Assembly: GCA_963843975.1 (NCBI GenBank)
Contig: CAWJMG010000001.1
Location: 1,110,001 to 1,142,000 of the forward strand
Length of the DNA: 32,000 nt
Direction of reading: 5' to 3'
Source: an uncultured Actinomycetes bacterium
GTDB lineage: Bacteria > Actinomycetota > Actinomycetes > S36-B12 > CAIYMF01
This document shows positions 16,643-27,068 of this stretch, one piece after another. The position numbers and the translations under genes are program-made. The notes beneath the pieces were generated by a model that had not been told where the DNA came from, searched no databases, and worked only from the letters and a program-made list of their open reading frames with translations. Positions within the stretch are counted from its first letter, which is position 1. Each line of letters opens with the position of its first letter.

Positions 16643-19600
16643 TCACCAAGACCAGTCCAGCCGGAGTGGGCCGCGCCGGTCGCGACCCGATCGATAGAGA
16701 CCAGGCAACCAAACGGCGCCCGGTGATCCCTTTCGGCATGAGCCGGAGTGGAACGGGTTTAGACAACCCCACACATGCTCATCTGCCATCGACTCACGAG
16801 CCCTCGTTGTGTGGCTCTTGACCCAATCCAGAGCCGCGTCTCCGCTAATTCCATTCGCCTGCATCTGCCAGAAGAGCGGCCGAGCCAAGTGCATCCATCC
16901 AAGGCCCGGTGAATTGGCGTGACGACCTATCCAGCGATTCGCGCGGTAGCCGATGTAGTAGGTCCCGTAGGACACGAAACTCGCAGCGCGGAGCCCCTGA
17001 TACCAGCCTTCACAGACCCAACCAAAACCATTCCAGCACCTCCCAGTGAGATCGAAACTGCCCACTGGGTCCGACGGATAACCATATGCCGAGGCGTTTC
17101 CTCCGTACACCGGGTCGATGGACAGGAAACGCCCCGTGAGTGGCGCGTAGAGGCGGACGCCCATGACTGTCAGCCCGAGGTCGCCGGTGTCTGCTGCGCG
17201 CTGCTTGCCGCCGAGCCATCCGTAGCGGGGCCCCGTGGTGGTGGCGGCCGTGGTTACGTCTTGGACGACGCCGTATTCGGTGGTGTCGATGATGGTTCCG
17301 TCGGGGGAGCCGGTGGCAGTGAGGCTGGTGGTGCGCAGGACGTCGCCGTGAAGCCCCATGAGCTGCAGCGTTGTGGCCGTCGAGCTCGAGAAGGTAGCGA
17401 CTTCGATGGAGTAGCCGGCGAGTCCAGGCAGGTAGCGGCGGGTGGTGATGGTTCCCCCGCTGGCGGTGTCGCTAGTCCAGGCGGGTGAGTCGCTGCTGGT
17501 GTCGCTGTAGTGGTTGGTCAGGGCGGTGGCGCCGAGGCCGCTGGTGGTCATGGAGGCGAGCCGGTTGGCCGGATCGAGTGTCCAGGTGCGGGTCTTCGAG
17601 TCCTGGGTCGTGGAGCGGACCAAGTCGTTGCTGTAGTAGGCGATGGCGCCGTTGCCGGTGCCCGCTGAGGCGAGTGCGACGGGCAGGGTGATGGTGCGGC
17701 CCCAGGCGTCGTAGGCGATGTTGGTGGCGGTGTTCTGGTTCTTGAGCCGATCGGCGTTGTCGTAGGCGAGGGTCTGGGTGCTGGTGGCTGTGGTGCTGGT
17801 GGTGCAGGTGCCGTCGGTGTCCGCGGGGTAGGCCGCGGCCGACGTGCGGTTGGAGTTGATGTCGTAGGCGTAGGTGCGGCTGATGCACCCAGTGGTGCCG
17901 TTGTCACGCTGCTCCCCCACGGCGGTGAGCCGGCCGGCGAGGTCGTACGTGTAGTCCCGGGACTGCCAACCTGCAGTGGCGCCGGTGACGGTCTCGCGGG
18001 CCCAGCGGCCGTGGATGTCGGAGACCTGAGCATCGGTGAAGAAGAGGTTGGAGGAGCTGGTCGGCCCAGGTGGTGCTGGTTGTGTCGCCGGTGGCGTCGG
18101 TGGTGAAGGTCTGGGTGATGCCGCCGGGGAAGGTCTGGGAGCCGAGTTCGCCCCCGGGTCCGTAGACCCCGGTGATGGCGCCGGACAGGGCCGAGTCCGT
18201 GATGGACACCAGGGCGCCGCGGTAGTCGCCGCTGCCGCCGTCGGCGTAGGCATAGGTCTGCGAGGCGAGGGTGGTGGTTGCGTTGGTCTTCCAGGTCTTG
18301 GAAGACACGCGTCCGCGACTGTCATAGGCGGTGGTGACGTTGGGAGCGGAGGTGCCTTCGCTGTAGGTGGTGACCCGTCCGAGGTTGTCGTAGCCGGTGG
18401 TGAGTGTGCCTGCGGTGGTGGTGACTGTGGTGGGCAGTCCAGTGCTCGAGTCGTATCCGTAAGTGGTGGCGGGGACGGTGGTGCCGGGGTCGTTACCGGT
18501 CGCGGAGACGGTGACGGTGTCGGTCCGCGGGGAGGCACCGGAGTTCTTGTAGGTCGTGGTGGTGGTGCGGGTCGAGGCTGTCCCGCCGGCGGCGGGCACG
18601 ACGGACTCGGTGACGACCGTTGGGCGCAGGAGCGTGTCGTACGTGTAGGTCGTGACCGGGGCTGAGCCATGTCGGCGGTGGTGGGCTGGGTGCCGGGTTC
18701 GATCTTGCAGACCTGCCCGTACCAGACGCTGGAGGTGCAGGCGCCCGGGTTGTGGGTGCCGGCGGCGTAGTAGGTGGTCTTGCGGGTGCCGGGGTCGGAC
18801 CCGCTGGCGGCGGAGGGCTGGCGCTGCTCGATGACGTTGCCGTCGGCGTCGTAGCGCGTGGTGGTGGTGATGTCGGTGGTGCCGTTCTCCACGGTCGTGG
18901 TCATGGGCTGGCGCAGCTCCCAGCCGGGGTGGTCGCCCGAGGACAGGGCGTAGGTGTAGCTGGTGGACGTGGTGTCGGCCTCGTTGGTGGGGGTGGGCTC
19001 CAGCGAAAGGGATGCGGACTCGGTGGTGGCGGTGAGGGTGTGCAGGGGTGCGCCGCTGGTCCAGGTGCCGGGTGTGGTGTCGGGGTAGTCGACGGCGCCG
19101 TATGTGTTGTGGGTGTGGGGCCGTGCGACGGTGGTGGTGCCGTTGGCGAGCTGGGTGTAGCGGGCGGGGCCGAAGGTGTCGAGCAGGTCCGTGCCGTCGG
19201 CGCTGTAGGTGTTGCGGGTGTCCAGGGCGGCGGCGATGTCGACCGCGGGGGTGCTGGTGCTCAGGCCGAGGTCGGTGAGCTCGTTGCTGTAGCTGGTGGG
19301 GTTCAGGGCCCGGTCGCGCGCGGCGGCGGTCAGGGTGCGGGTGGTGTTGCCGTAGGCGTCGTACTCGGTGGTGTCGATGCGCCACCCGCCTTGGCCGGAG
19401 CCGGCGTAGACCGCGGTATTCACGATGCGCCCGGCGGCGTCGATCCCATACACGGTGCCGGCGCGCAGATCGGTTCCGGACGCTGATTCACCGGGGCCGA
19501 AAACGGCGGCGGCGGCCAGCGCGAGGTCGGTCTGCCCCCATGTGGCGACGGTGGCGGCGGACAGGTCGGGTCGGTCGGCCAAGGTGGTGGCCGTGGTGGG

Positions 19601-22600
19601 GTCGAACGCGTTGTACGCGATGGTGGTGGTCAGGGTGTTGGTGCCGTCGCTCTGGTACACGTGGTCCAGCCGGTGGCTGGTGGCGTTGTAGGCAATGGAG
19701 GTGGCGTTCAGGCCCGCCGGGGTGATCGAGGTGATCCGTCCGTCGCCGTCGTATCCGTAGGTGACGGCCTGCACGGGACTGCCGCAGGTGGTGGACCAGC
19801 CCGATGTGCCGCCCAGGCGGGGGTCCCATACCTGGTGGATGCGGTAGCCGGCGCCGGAGTCGTAGGTGTAGCAGGCGACGTCGACGTTCACGGCGGCGCC
19901 GGTGGTGTCCTTGGTCTTGAGCGTGACGGTGGTGAGCCGGTTGGCGACACCGGCGCCGGTGTCGACGTCGGCGTAGGTGAACGCCAGGATCCGGCACCCT
20001 GAGTTCACCGCTGCGGATGAGCAGGAGACCGCTGTGGGGTGAGGGGCAATGAGGGCCTTGGGGGTGCCGTCGTTGTTGTACTCGTACGTCGAGGTGGCGG
20101 CGCCACCCGCAGAGCTGGTGTGGTCGACGCGGTAGATGTCCGGCGTGGACAGGGACGGGGTCCCGCCCCAGGTCGGGTTCGCGGCGACGAAGTAGACGGT
20201 GGAGCCGTCCGGGCCGATGAGGTCGAAGGCGCGGACCGAGTTGATCGTGTCGGTCTTCAGCTTCAGGCCGGCGGCCTTGGCGTCCGCGACCGGGACGTAG
20301 GAAGTCCCGGTGGTGTGCTGGAAGTAGTACCTGCCGCCGTCGGAGTCGGTGACACGGACCTGGCTGCCCAAGTCCTCGGCGGACGCCCAGTCCGACTCGG
20401 CCGAGGCCAGGGTCGTGGACCAGCCCGGTCCGAAGAACGCGGGCCCAGCGGTGGGGGTGTAGGTGGGGGCGTCGCTGTTGAATGTGCGCGAGACAGCCAG
20501 GCCTCCGCCGTAGGAGGTGACCGAGGCGTCGCTGCCGGACACGGCCAGGTTCCCGGTCAGCAGGGACACCGGACCTGCCGGGGTGTCTGCGGTGGCGTAG
20601 GTGAGGCCGTAGGCGTGCGAGTCCAGCCGCGCGGACGCTGCGTTGACGCTGGTAGCGACGGTCGAGGTGCCGTTCTTGAACACCGCACGCACGCCGACGA
20701 CGGCGTCGGTGCCCAGGGTGGCCTGCATGTCCCACACCAGATTCGCGGGTGCGTCCGAGGTGTGGGTGGTCGCGGTGGTGACAACGGTCGACCACGCCGT
20801 GACCGCGCTGCCCCCGAGGGTGACTGCAGCGACGGGGATGTCGGCCCAGGTGCTGCCGCCGTCGCTCTTGTACTGGAACGTCACGTTGTTGGCGGTCGAA
20901 GGCCCGGAGGCGCCCAGGGTCATGAACCTGGCGGTGGAGTCCTCGGTGGTGGGCTTGGTGACCGCGGGCACCCCGAAGCTGTAGGTGGTGGGGTCGGAAA
21001 CGTTCCCGGTCGCGTCGATCGCGCGGACCTTGAGGTCCACCCAGCCGCCGGGCATCGTCACCGTCGGGGTGGTGAACGACGTCCCGCCCGTGCCGGCGTC
21101 CCAGGTGGTGCCCCCGTCGGTGGACCACTCCCAGGTCGCGGTGTCGGTGGCGGTGTCGGTGAAGGTCAACGTGCCGGAATCAGCACTCGCCCAGGACGAT
21201 GAGGGGAACGCGGTCGAGGACACGCTCGGGGCGGCCGGCTTTGTCCTATCCACGGTGAATGTGGCCGAGTCGTACGCGCTAGAGGTCAGCGACCCGTCGT
21301 TGCCGTAAGTCCGGACCGTGTAGGTGTTGCCGTTGGTCAAGGCCGTCCCGACCGTCACCCACGGCGTGTTGGAGCCCGACGCGGTGTACCCGGTGTACCC
21401 GGACCACACCATCGTCGTGGAGTGCCACACCTCCACCTTGGCGCGCACGTTACCGCCGTCCCAGTCCCCGACCTTCGCGCGGATCTGCGGGGTCAGGGTG
21501 CCCACCTTCCCCGTCCCGGCGACCTGCCCGGCGATGGTGGTCGCCGAGGGGGTGCGGGGCTTGTGGTGGTACGTGATGGTCAGCTTGGGGCGGCGCGCGG
21601 AGGTGGAGTAGTCGCTGGAGTAGAAGATCTTCCACCCGGTGCTGGAGGTCTCCGACGCACCCAGGGCGTAGCCGTAGTTGGCGTAGTCGCCGTTGACCCA
21701 GCCCTGGACGATGTCCTTGGTCTCGGTGCCGGTGCTGGAGTCCAGCCACCCTTCCGCGCAGGAGCCGCCGGAGTCGTCGCGCTTGGCGTCGGACACCTGG
21801 TAGATGCTGGCGGACTGGGACGGCTTGTTGGTCCAGTTGGTGGTGGTCTCGCTGAACGAACCCGTCAGGTACTTGATGCCCACCAGTGATGCGGTGCACG
21901 ACGCCGAGTGGTGCAGCCACAGCTGCAGCATCGCGTTGTCCACGACGGTGGACTGCTGCGCCGTGTCGACCAGCAGCGGCGCCGAGCTCATCGTGAACAT
22001 CACGTACGAGCGGCCCACGTGGGTGCCGGAGTCGTAGGTGCCGACCTTCAGCTCCGGGTCGGACCCGAACACGGTGGAGTCGTAGCCCTTCTCCACGAAC
22101 GTGTCCTTGGCAAGATCTACCGCGATGCCCGGGTCCACCGTCACCGGGTACACCAGACCCGGGGTGTCGAAGTACGACGCCGGCACGGTCGCCACGACCT
22201 GGTAGCCGCCCGACTCGACCTTGCGCAGCTGCGTGGCAACGACGATGCCGTGCTCGGACTCCCCCGACGCCCTGCCCTTGGTCGCGTCCCAGATCCTGGC
22301 CGGCGGCGTCGAAGCGACCTGCTTGCCCGTCGCGGGGTCGGTGAACACCAGGCCACCCACGCCGTCCGCTTCGACCGCCAATCCGTCCACGGACAGCGGC
22401 AGCGCCACCTCGACCCCAGCCTTCGAGATCGAGTCCGGTCGAGAGGTCAGGTCGACGAAAGACTCCACACCCGCGGGCAGGACCTTCACCCGCAGATCGC
22501 GACCGGCGGCCACGTTCACGTACCGGGCCTCGTTGTCCGACAAGACCGGAGTGGGCAACGCGCCGTCGAACCCGACCGAGAACGACGCAGCCGCCCCCGA

Positions 22601-23154
22601 CACCGAGTCGGACGCCGGCACCGGAACGTCCGGATTGGTGCGCGCCGCCGCAACAGCCACTAGATCTGCCTTCGCGATCTTCACGGTCGCCACCGTCGAC
22701 GAGGCCGCGTCCCGAGCCCCAGAGACGGTCACATCCACCGCAGCGGCCGCCGGCCGCACCGAGCCGTCCTTGCCCGCCGACAAGCGGGTGTCCACCTCCA
22801 CCCACTCGTCGGCCGAGTTCAGCGTCCAGTTCGGTCCCGCGTAGATATCCGAGGAGAAGGACCCGTCCGGGTTCGCCCACGTTCGCGAGGTCGACGTCCT
22901 GGCATTCACGACTTCGACCCGTGTGCCCTGCGCGCGTGCGGACATCTAGCTGTCACCGCATCGGGACGCTCGGTCACGAGCGAGGGCGCCTGGTCGCCGA
23001 CCACGGCGGCTGTCGGTGCCATCGGGGATGCTGTGGCCGGTGCCTGAGCGGCGAGAACGCCGGCGATCAACGCCACCGACACAGCGCCCGCCACGAACGC
23101 CCTGGAGCCAGAGCGGGATCGACGCGCGAGGAGCACCGACGAGTCAGGACGCAT
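16643..23154 (-). pseudogene. Rhs/YD-repeat polymorphic toxin (~2170 codons) with signal peptide; three frame disruptions (~22946-22948, ~18657-18664, ~18050-18066)
   Basis: The signal peptide MRPDSSVLLARRSRSGSRAFVAGAVSVALIAGVLAAQAPATA is in ORF 22906..23178 and joins the main frame at DAVTAR/MSARAQGTRVEV. The N-terminal part is a DNRLRE-like domain (...GYALGASETSSTGWKIFYSSDYSTSARRPKLTITY), followed by Ig/Fn3-like regions. There are many YD repeats (YTYDLAGRLTAV, YAYDINSNRT, LAYDNADRL, IAYDAWGRT). The RHS core ends at GVRLYAPLTGRFLSIDPV...YPSDPVGSFDLTGR. A ~133-aa unrecognised C-terminal domain follows. Confidence 0.9.
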
Positions 23155-23388
23155 AGCCAACCCCCGTTGGGCATTCACGGACCAGGCAGTCCCGGTCCGG
23201 CACGCCGGACGCTAGGCCCCAGTGCGACGCGGCGTCAATGCGCCACGCGGAACCCGAAACACCGCTTCTGGCAACGGTTTACGGGCGTTCACCCGAATGC
23301 CGGAGCCGTTTGCGACGGTTCCGGCGGCTGCGGACATAGACCGTTGCCGCAGGCATCGGGCCGCGGTTGAACAGTGGAAGGCAGGCAC

Positions 23389-23913
23389 GTGAACAGAGCA
23401 CTTGCAGTATCCCTCGCCGCCGTGATCGGCGCGCTCGCACTCATCCCCACCCCGGCCGCAGCGGTCGAACCGGACACGCACTGCTGGATGGACCTCGACA
23501 CCGGAGAGACCGGCTGCTACGCCAGCTTCGCGCTGGTCGTCGACGCCCTCAGCGACGGCGCAGTCCAGGTCGACGCTGACGCGGCAACCATCTCCGAGGC
23601 GCAGCGGGCGGCGCTCGCACCGTTGTCGACGTTCATCATCGGGCAGGTGTTCGAGGACGCCAACTACGGCGGATCCAGCTTCACCTTCACCGCGTCCGCG
23701 GACTGCGACACCAACGCCGACGTCGACTGGAACGTCGCCTCGATGCCGACCGGGTGGAACGACCGCGTCACCTCGTTCAAGTCCTTCGGCCAGTGCGCCA
23801 CGAAGATCTGGCAGGACACCAACTACGGCGGCGCGTCCTTCGGGTTCGTCGTCAACAGCACCAACGTCGGAGCCACGATGAACGACCAGACGTCGTCGAT
23901 CCAGTGGAACTGA
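23389..23913 (+). CDS. secreted beta/gamma-crystallin-fold protein (peptidase-inhibitor I36-like)
   Basis: GGAAGG at 23376-23381 precedes GTG 23389. The signal peptide is VNRALAVSLAAVIGALALIPTPAAA. Two Greek-key signatures are present: VFEDANYGGSSFTF...NDRVTSFKSF and IWQDTNYGGASFGF...MNDQTSSIQW. Confidence 0.7.
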   Translation: MNRALAVSLAAVIGALALIPTPAAAVEPDTHCWMDLDTGETGCYASFALVVDALSDGAVQVDADAATISEAQRAALAPLSTFIIGQVFEDANYGGSSFTFTASADCDTNADVDWNVASMPTGWNDRVTSFKSFGQCATKIWQDTNYGGASFGFVVNSTNVGATMNDQTSSIQWN

Positions 23914-24097
23914 CCCACGACCGGCGCCTCTTCCTGAGGCGCATCGGGTTCGCTAGGTAAGGCGCGCGTCCGGGTGAGGTGCCCACATCCACCTTGGGCA
24001 CCGCACCCGGACGCCGCCGGCCCCCAGCGACACTCAGGACCACCCGCCTCACGGCATCGGTGGGCCAGTGCCATCGGCGCGCTCGCTGCGGCGGGGG

Positions 24098-24616
24098 TCA
24101 GCCCTTCGGCGTCGGCGAGCCAGGCACCGTCGGGCGGGGCTGCGGCAGCCCCAGGCGCCCGCATACCCCGGCGTCCGCGGCGAACACCACCAGCGACCCG
24201 TCCACCACGCACGCGGTCAGCTCCGGCGGAATCCCCACCACGCCCGGCGCCGTGACGATACCGGCACGCCACATCGCGGCACAGGCATCGACCGCCGCGA
24301 ACACGTCCTGGTTACCCTGCGGGTCGCTCACCGCCCCGGACGCATACGGCTCCCACACGCCCGGGTCGGCGGACACCGTCGGCGAGCAATACCCCAGGTT
24401 CGGCTCGTCCGGGGTCGCGAACCGCAGATACGCCGCAGCCGTCCCCGCCCCGGCCAGCAGCACCGCCACCACCCCGGCGCTCACCGCCAGCACCCGCCGC
24501 CGGTGACGTGACACGCTCGTGGAGCGGTCGGCCAGGATCTCGGCCATCACCACGGCCTTGATCTGCGCCGCCCGCTCATCGCTCAACGGCGGCGGCCACG
24601 ACCCGTCCTCACTCAT
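24098..24616 (-). CDS. single-pass membrane protein, putative anti-sigma factor (overlaps the ECF sigma stop by 8 nt)
   Basis: The 172-aa ORF has one TM helix (VLAVSAGVVAVLLAGAGTAAAYL) and an extracytoplasmic C-terminal domain. Its start at 24616 overlaps the sigma gene stop at 24609-24611. No zinc-binding anti-sigma motif is seen, so the assignment rests on position only. Confidence 0.5.
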   Translation of the reverse strand: MSEDGSWPPPLSDERAAQIKAVVMAEILADRSTSVSRHRRRVLAVSAGVVAVLLAGAGTAAAYLRFATPDEPNLGYCSPTVSADPGVWEPYASGAVSDPQGNQDVFAAVDACAAMWRAGIVTAPGVVGIPPELTACVVDGSLVVFAADAGVCGRLGLPQPRPTVPGSPTPKG

Positions 24617-25205
24617 CGCCCTCCACCTCCGTCCCCACCTGGTAGCCGCCCTCGAGCAGCACCTCGCGCAGCTGGCGCCGGGCCCGCATCAACCGAGACC
24701 GGACCGCCGCATGGGACAGACCCAGCACCGCAGCGGCCTGCCCGTACGAAAGGTCCTCCAACAGACACAGCGACACCACCTGACGATCGGTCTCCCCCAA
24801 CCCCGCCAACGCCACCGCCAACGCCCGCGCCGCCCCCTGCCCGGACACCCGCTCCGCTACCAGCACCGCATGATCAGGCTCCGGACCCGCCACCGGGATC
24901 CGGCCCAGCACCGCCCGGAACCGCCGCGCCGACCGGCGATGGTTCCGCGCCACGTTCGTCGCCGTCACCAGCAACCACGGCAACGCCGACCCCTCCACCA
25001 CCCGGATCGCATCACGGCGCCGCCACGCCTCCAGGAACACCACAGCCGTCAGATCATCAGCGTCCTGCACCGACCCCAACTGACGCGCGCAATGCCCATG
25101 CACCCGACGCACATACCGGTCATACAGGACCTCGAACGCCCCATGGTCGCCAGCAGCGAGGCGAGCGCACAGCGCCACCTCATCCACCCCGGCCTCCCGC
25201 CTCAC
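24609..25205 (-). CDS. ECF (group IV) sigma-70 family RNA polymerase sigma factor
   Basis: Region 2 is FEVLYDRYVRRVHGHCARQLGSVQDADDLTAVVFLEAWRRR. Region 4 is an HTH, ETDRQVVSLCLLEDLSYGQAAAVLGLSHAAVRSRLMRARRQL. GTG 25205 is chosen as the start. The track ORF extends to 25424, probably as upstream read-through. Confidence 0.85.
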   Translation of the reverse strand: MRREAGVDEVALCARLAAGDHGAFEVLYDRYVRRVHGHCARQLGSVQDADDLTAVVFLEAWRRRDAIRVVEGSALPWLLVTATNVARNHRRSARRFRAVLGRIPVAGPEPDHAVLVAERVSGQGAARALAVALAGLGETDRQVVSLCLLEDLSYGQAAAVLGLSHAAVRSRLMRARRQLREVLLEGGYQVGTEVEGDE

Positions 25206-25438
25206 ACCCCCTAGTGTCCGCAACCGCGAACTCGTCGCACTCGCGGCACGAGGTCCGATGGGCCCGCCAGTCCTTTCATCTCCGGGCTGCGTGCATCGCT
25301 CAGGATCCGGCGCGTCTGCAATGCATGTGCGACGAATCCGAGCGAGCGGACATAAGGGGCAAGTGGCTGTCGTCCCACCCCACGGGGGTGGGCGGGACGG
25401 CACCCCACGACCGAGCCCGAGCAACCGATGGAGCAGTC

Positions 25439-26815
25439 ATGAGCGTCAGCCCCTCCCAAGCATCGCGTAAGCCAGCACCCCAGGCCGGGATCCTGAACCG
25501 TCCAGCTGAGCACGTGATCGTCGCCGCGCTTGGATTCGCCGGGCAGATCCCCCCGCGCGACACGCTCGAGGGGTTGCGCGAGGTGATCCGCCGGGAATGT
25601 CGGAGCGACTTGGACAACCTCACCCCAGCCACCGACCCGACAGTGCCCACGCCCGACAGCGGCGTCCTCGGCGTCGAGGACCATTTCAACCGGGGCCACC
25701 TCACTGCCACTGTCGGCATCTCGCGGTCCGGATACTCGGCCCTCGGCTTCGCAGCAGACGACATCCCCCAAGACCTCGCAGACGTCCCATGGGCCCAGAT
25801 GGGGGACACGCGAACAGGCTGGGACGGAAACCCAGGCGACCTCGTCGTGCAACTGTGCGGTGACGACCTGTACGTGCTCGAGCACTTCCTCCGGCGCATC
25901 GAACACACCCTCCGCGACGGGCTGCAGACCCGTTGGACCGCAATCGGTGCCCAGCGCTACACCACCCGCTCAGGACGCGTCTCCGGGCGCGAAGCCCGCG
26001 CGCTGATCGGCTTCCACGACGGCATCAGCAACCTCGACCCAGCCCACAACGCCGATGACCAAACGCTCGTATTCGTCGACCCCGACGCCGTCCCGTCCTA
26101 CCCGGCAACGCCGACCGGCCAGCAGCCGGCACCCACCCCGGGACAGTCCGGGTACGGCACCACGACGGCCGGGCCACGGTTTCCCGACGACCTCCGCATG
26201 CCACCCACCCGCGAGCCCGAGTGGACTCGCGGCGGGACCTACATGTTCATCCGCGTCAGCACCATGGACATCACCGCATGGGACAACGAGCCCCTCGCAA
26301 CCCAGCAGAACGAAGTCGGCAGATTCAAGTACTCCGGCGCACCTCTGGACCGACCCGACGACGTCGCGAACCTCAGGGACGAACCAGACTTCACCGCAAC
26401 CCCGACCGACCAGCGGGTCCCGCTCGACTCGCACCTTCGCAAGGCCAACCCCAGAACGTCGCCAGAGGACGGCCTCCGACGCATTTTCCGTCGCGGTTAC
26501 CCCCTCCTGGCCGCCACCGCAGCCGGCACACTGCGCCGCGGGCTGCTCTTCATCTCATTCTCCCGCACCATCAGCACACAACCCGAGTTCATCCTGCGCG
26601 CCTGGATGCGCAACCCCGACTTCCCCGAACCCGGTCGCGGCAACGACCGACTTCTCAACCGAGACACTGAAGTTGCCGGCGGCGGCTACTACTTCGTCGC
26701 GGGGCTCGAGCACTCGCAGGATCCGGGCAGCTTTCTCGTGCCGGCCACCCAGATCGCGACCAAAAGCCTGGCGGCCGGAGACGCAGCCGCGACAAGCGGG
26801 CTCACACCCGCTTGA
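25439..26815 (+). CDS. DyP-type (dye-decolorizing) heme peroxidase family protein
   Basis: GGAG lies 5 nt upstream of ATG 25439. The GXXDG motif is GFHDGISN. The proximal-His region is DSHLRKANPR, followed by RRGYPL and GLLFISFSR. No obvious Tat or Sec signal is seen at the N-terminus. Confidence 0.85.
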   Translation: MSVSPSQASRKPAPQAGILNRPAEHVIVAALGFAGQIPPRDTLEGLREVIRRECRSDLDNLTPATDPTVPTPDSGVLGVEDHFNRGHLTATVGISRSGYSALGFAADDIPQDLADVPWAQMGDTRTGWDGNPGDLVVQLCGDDLYVLEHFLRRIEHTLRDGLQTRWTAIGAQRYTTRSGRVSGREARALIGFHDGISNLDPAHNADDQTLVFVDPDAVPSYPATPTGQQPAPTPGQSGYGTTTAGPRFPDDLRMPPTREPEWTRGGTYMFIRVSTMDITAWDNEPLATQQNEVGRFKYSGAPLDRPDDVANLRDEPDFTATPTDQRVPLDSHLRKANPRTSPEDGLRRIFRRGYPLLAATAAGTLRRGLLFISFSRTISTQPEFILRAWMRNPDFPEPGRGNDRLLNRDTEVAGGGYYFVAGLEHSQDPGSFLVPATQIATKSLAAGDAAATSGLTPA

Positions 26816-26955
26816 GCTAGAACTGCAGGATCTGTTCGAGCGCACGAGCCCGCATCGGACGAAAGCCGGCGGATCCAGCGTCATCGCGATTTCGTAGCGA
26901 TGTCACGCGGAATCCTGTGGGTCGCTTTGGTGTCTGGAGCGCAGTTTGGGTCCCG

Positions 26956-26976
26956 GTCAGCTATCAAGTCAGCTAT
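26956..26976 (+). promoter_or_regulatory. tandem 9-mers GTCAGCTAT x2, candidate arm-type sites, attR side
   Basis: gtcagctatcaagtcagctat has the same motif, spacing and orientation as 9026-9046. It is followed by a second tandem 8-mer, aagttcgc x2, at 26982-26999 in a 10-bp register. Confidence 0.55.
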
Positions 26977-27068
26977 GCACGAAGTTCGCCCAAGTTCGCT
27001 GACACTCACAACACCCTCTGACCTGCGAAATCGCGCTCCCACGACCTTCAGCGAACCCCAAGTTTGGC

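Noticed and set aside
18055-18660. Pro-rich ~200-aa block of the 2100-aa Rhs ORF as a genuine linker or disordered domain
   Set aside because: The adjacent frame over exactly this interval encodes canonical YD repeats that join the flanking Rhs sequence seamlessly. The Pro-rich text is therefore an out-of-frame reading.
19488-22880. 546-aa and 476-aa minus ORFs and several plus ORFs nested in the Rhs gene
   Set aside because: These are off-frame or antisense readings of the repetitive GC-rich Rhs sequence (His/Arg/Gly/Pro-rich). Only the 18055-18660 part of ORF 17904..19385 is judged to be true Rhs coding frame.
23247-23330. GGAAC / GGTTCC motifs in the Rhs-crystallin divergent region as ECF sigma -35 elements
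   Set aside because: No properly spaced (16-17 nt) CGT-type -10 partner could be found on either strand by eye. Calling a promoter would be guesswork.
25211-25908. 231-aa and 202-aa minus-strand ORFs opposite the 5' half of the DyP gene
   Set aside because: They are antisense to a gene with clear DyP motifs and have no domain signatures. The upstream extension of the DyP frame (25214-25438) also lacks coding character and overlaps the sigma promoter region.
26816-26960. Short minus-strand frame ending ...DDAGSAGFRPMRARALEQILQF just inside attR as a small gene
   Set aside because: It is only ~47 codons after an in-frame stop, with weak GC3, no SD or start context and no recognisable family.
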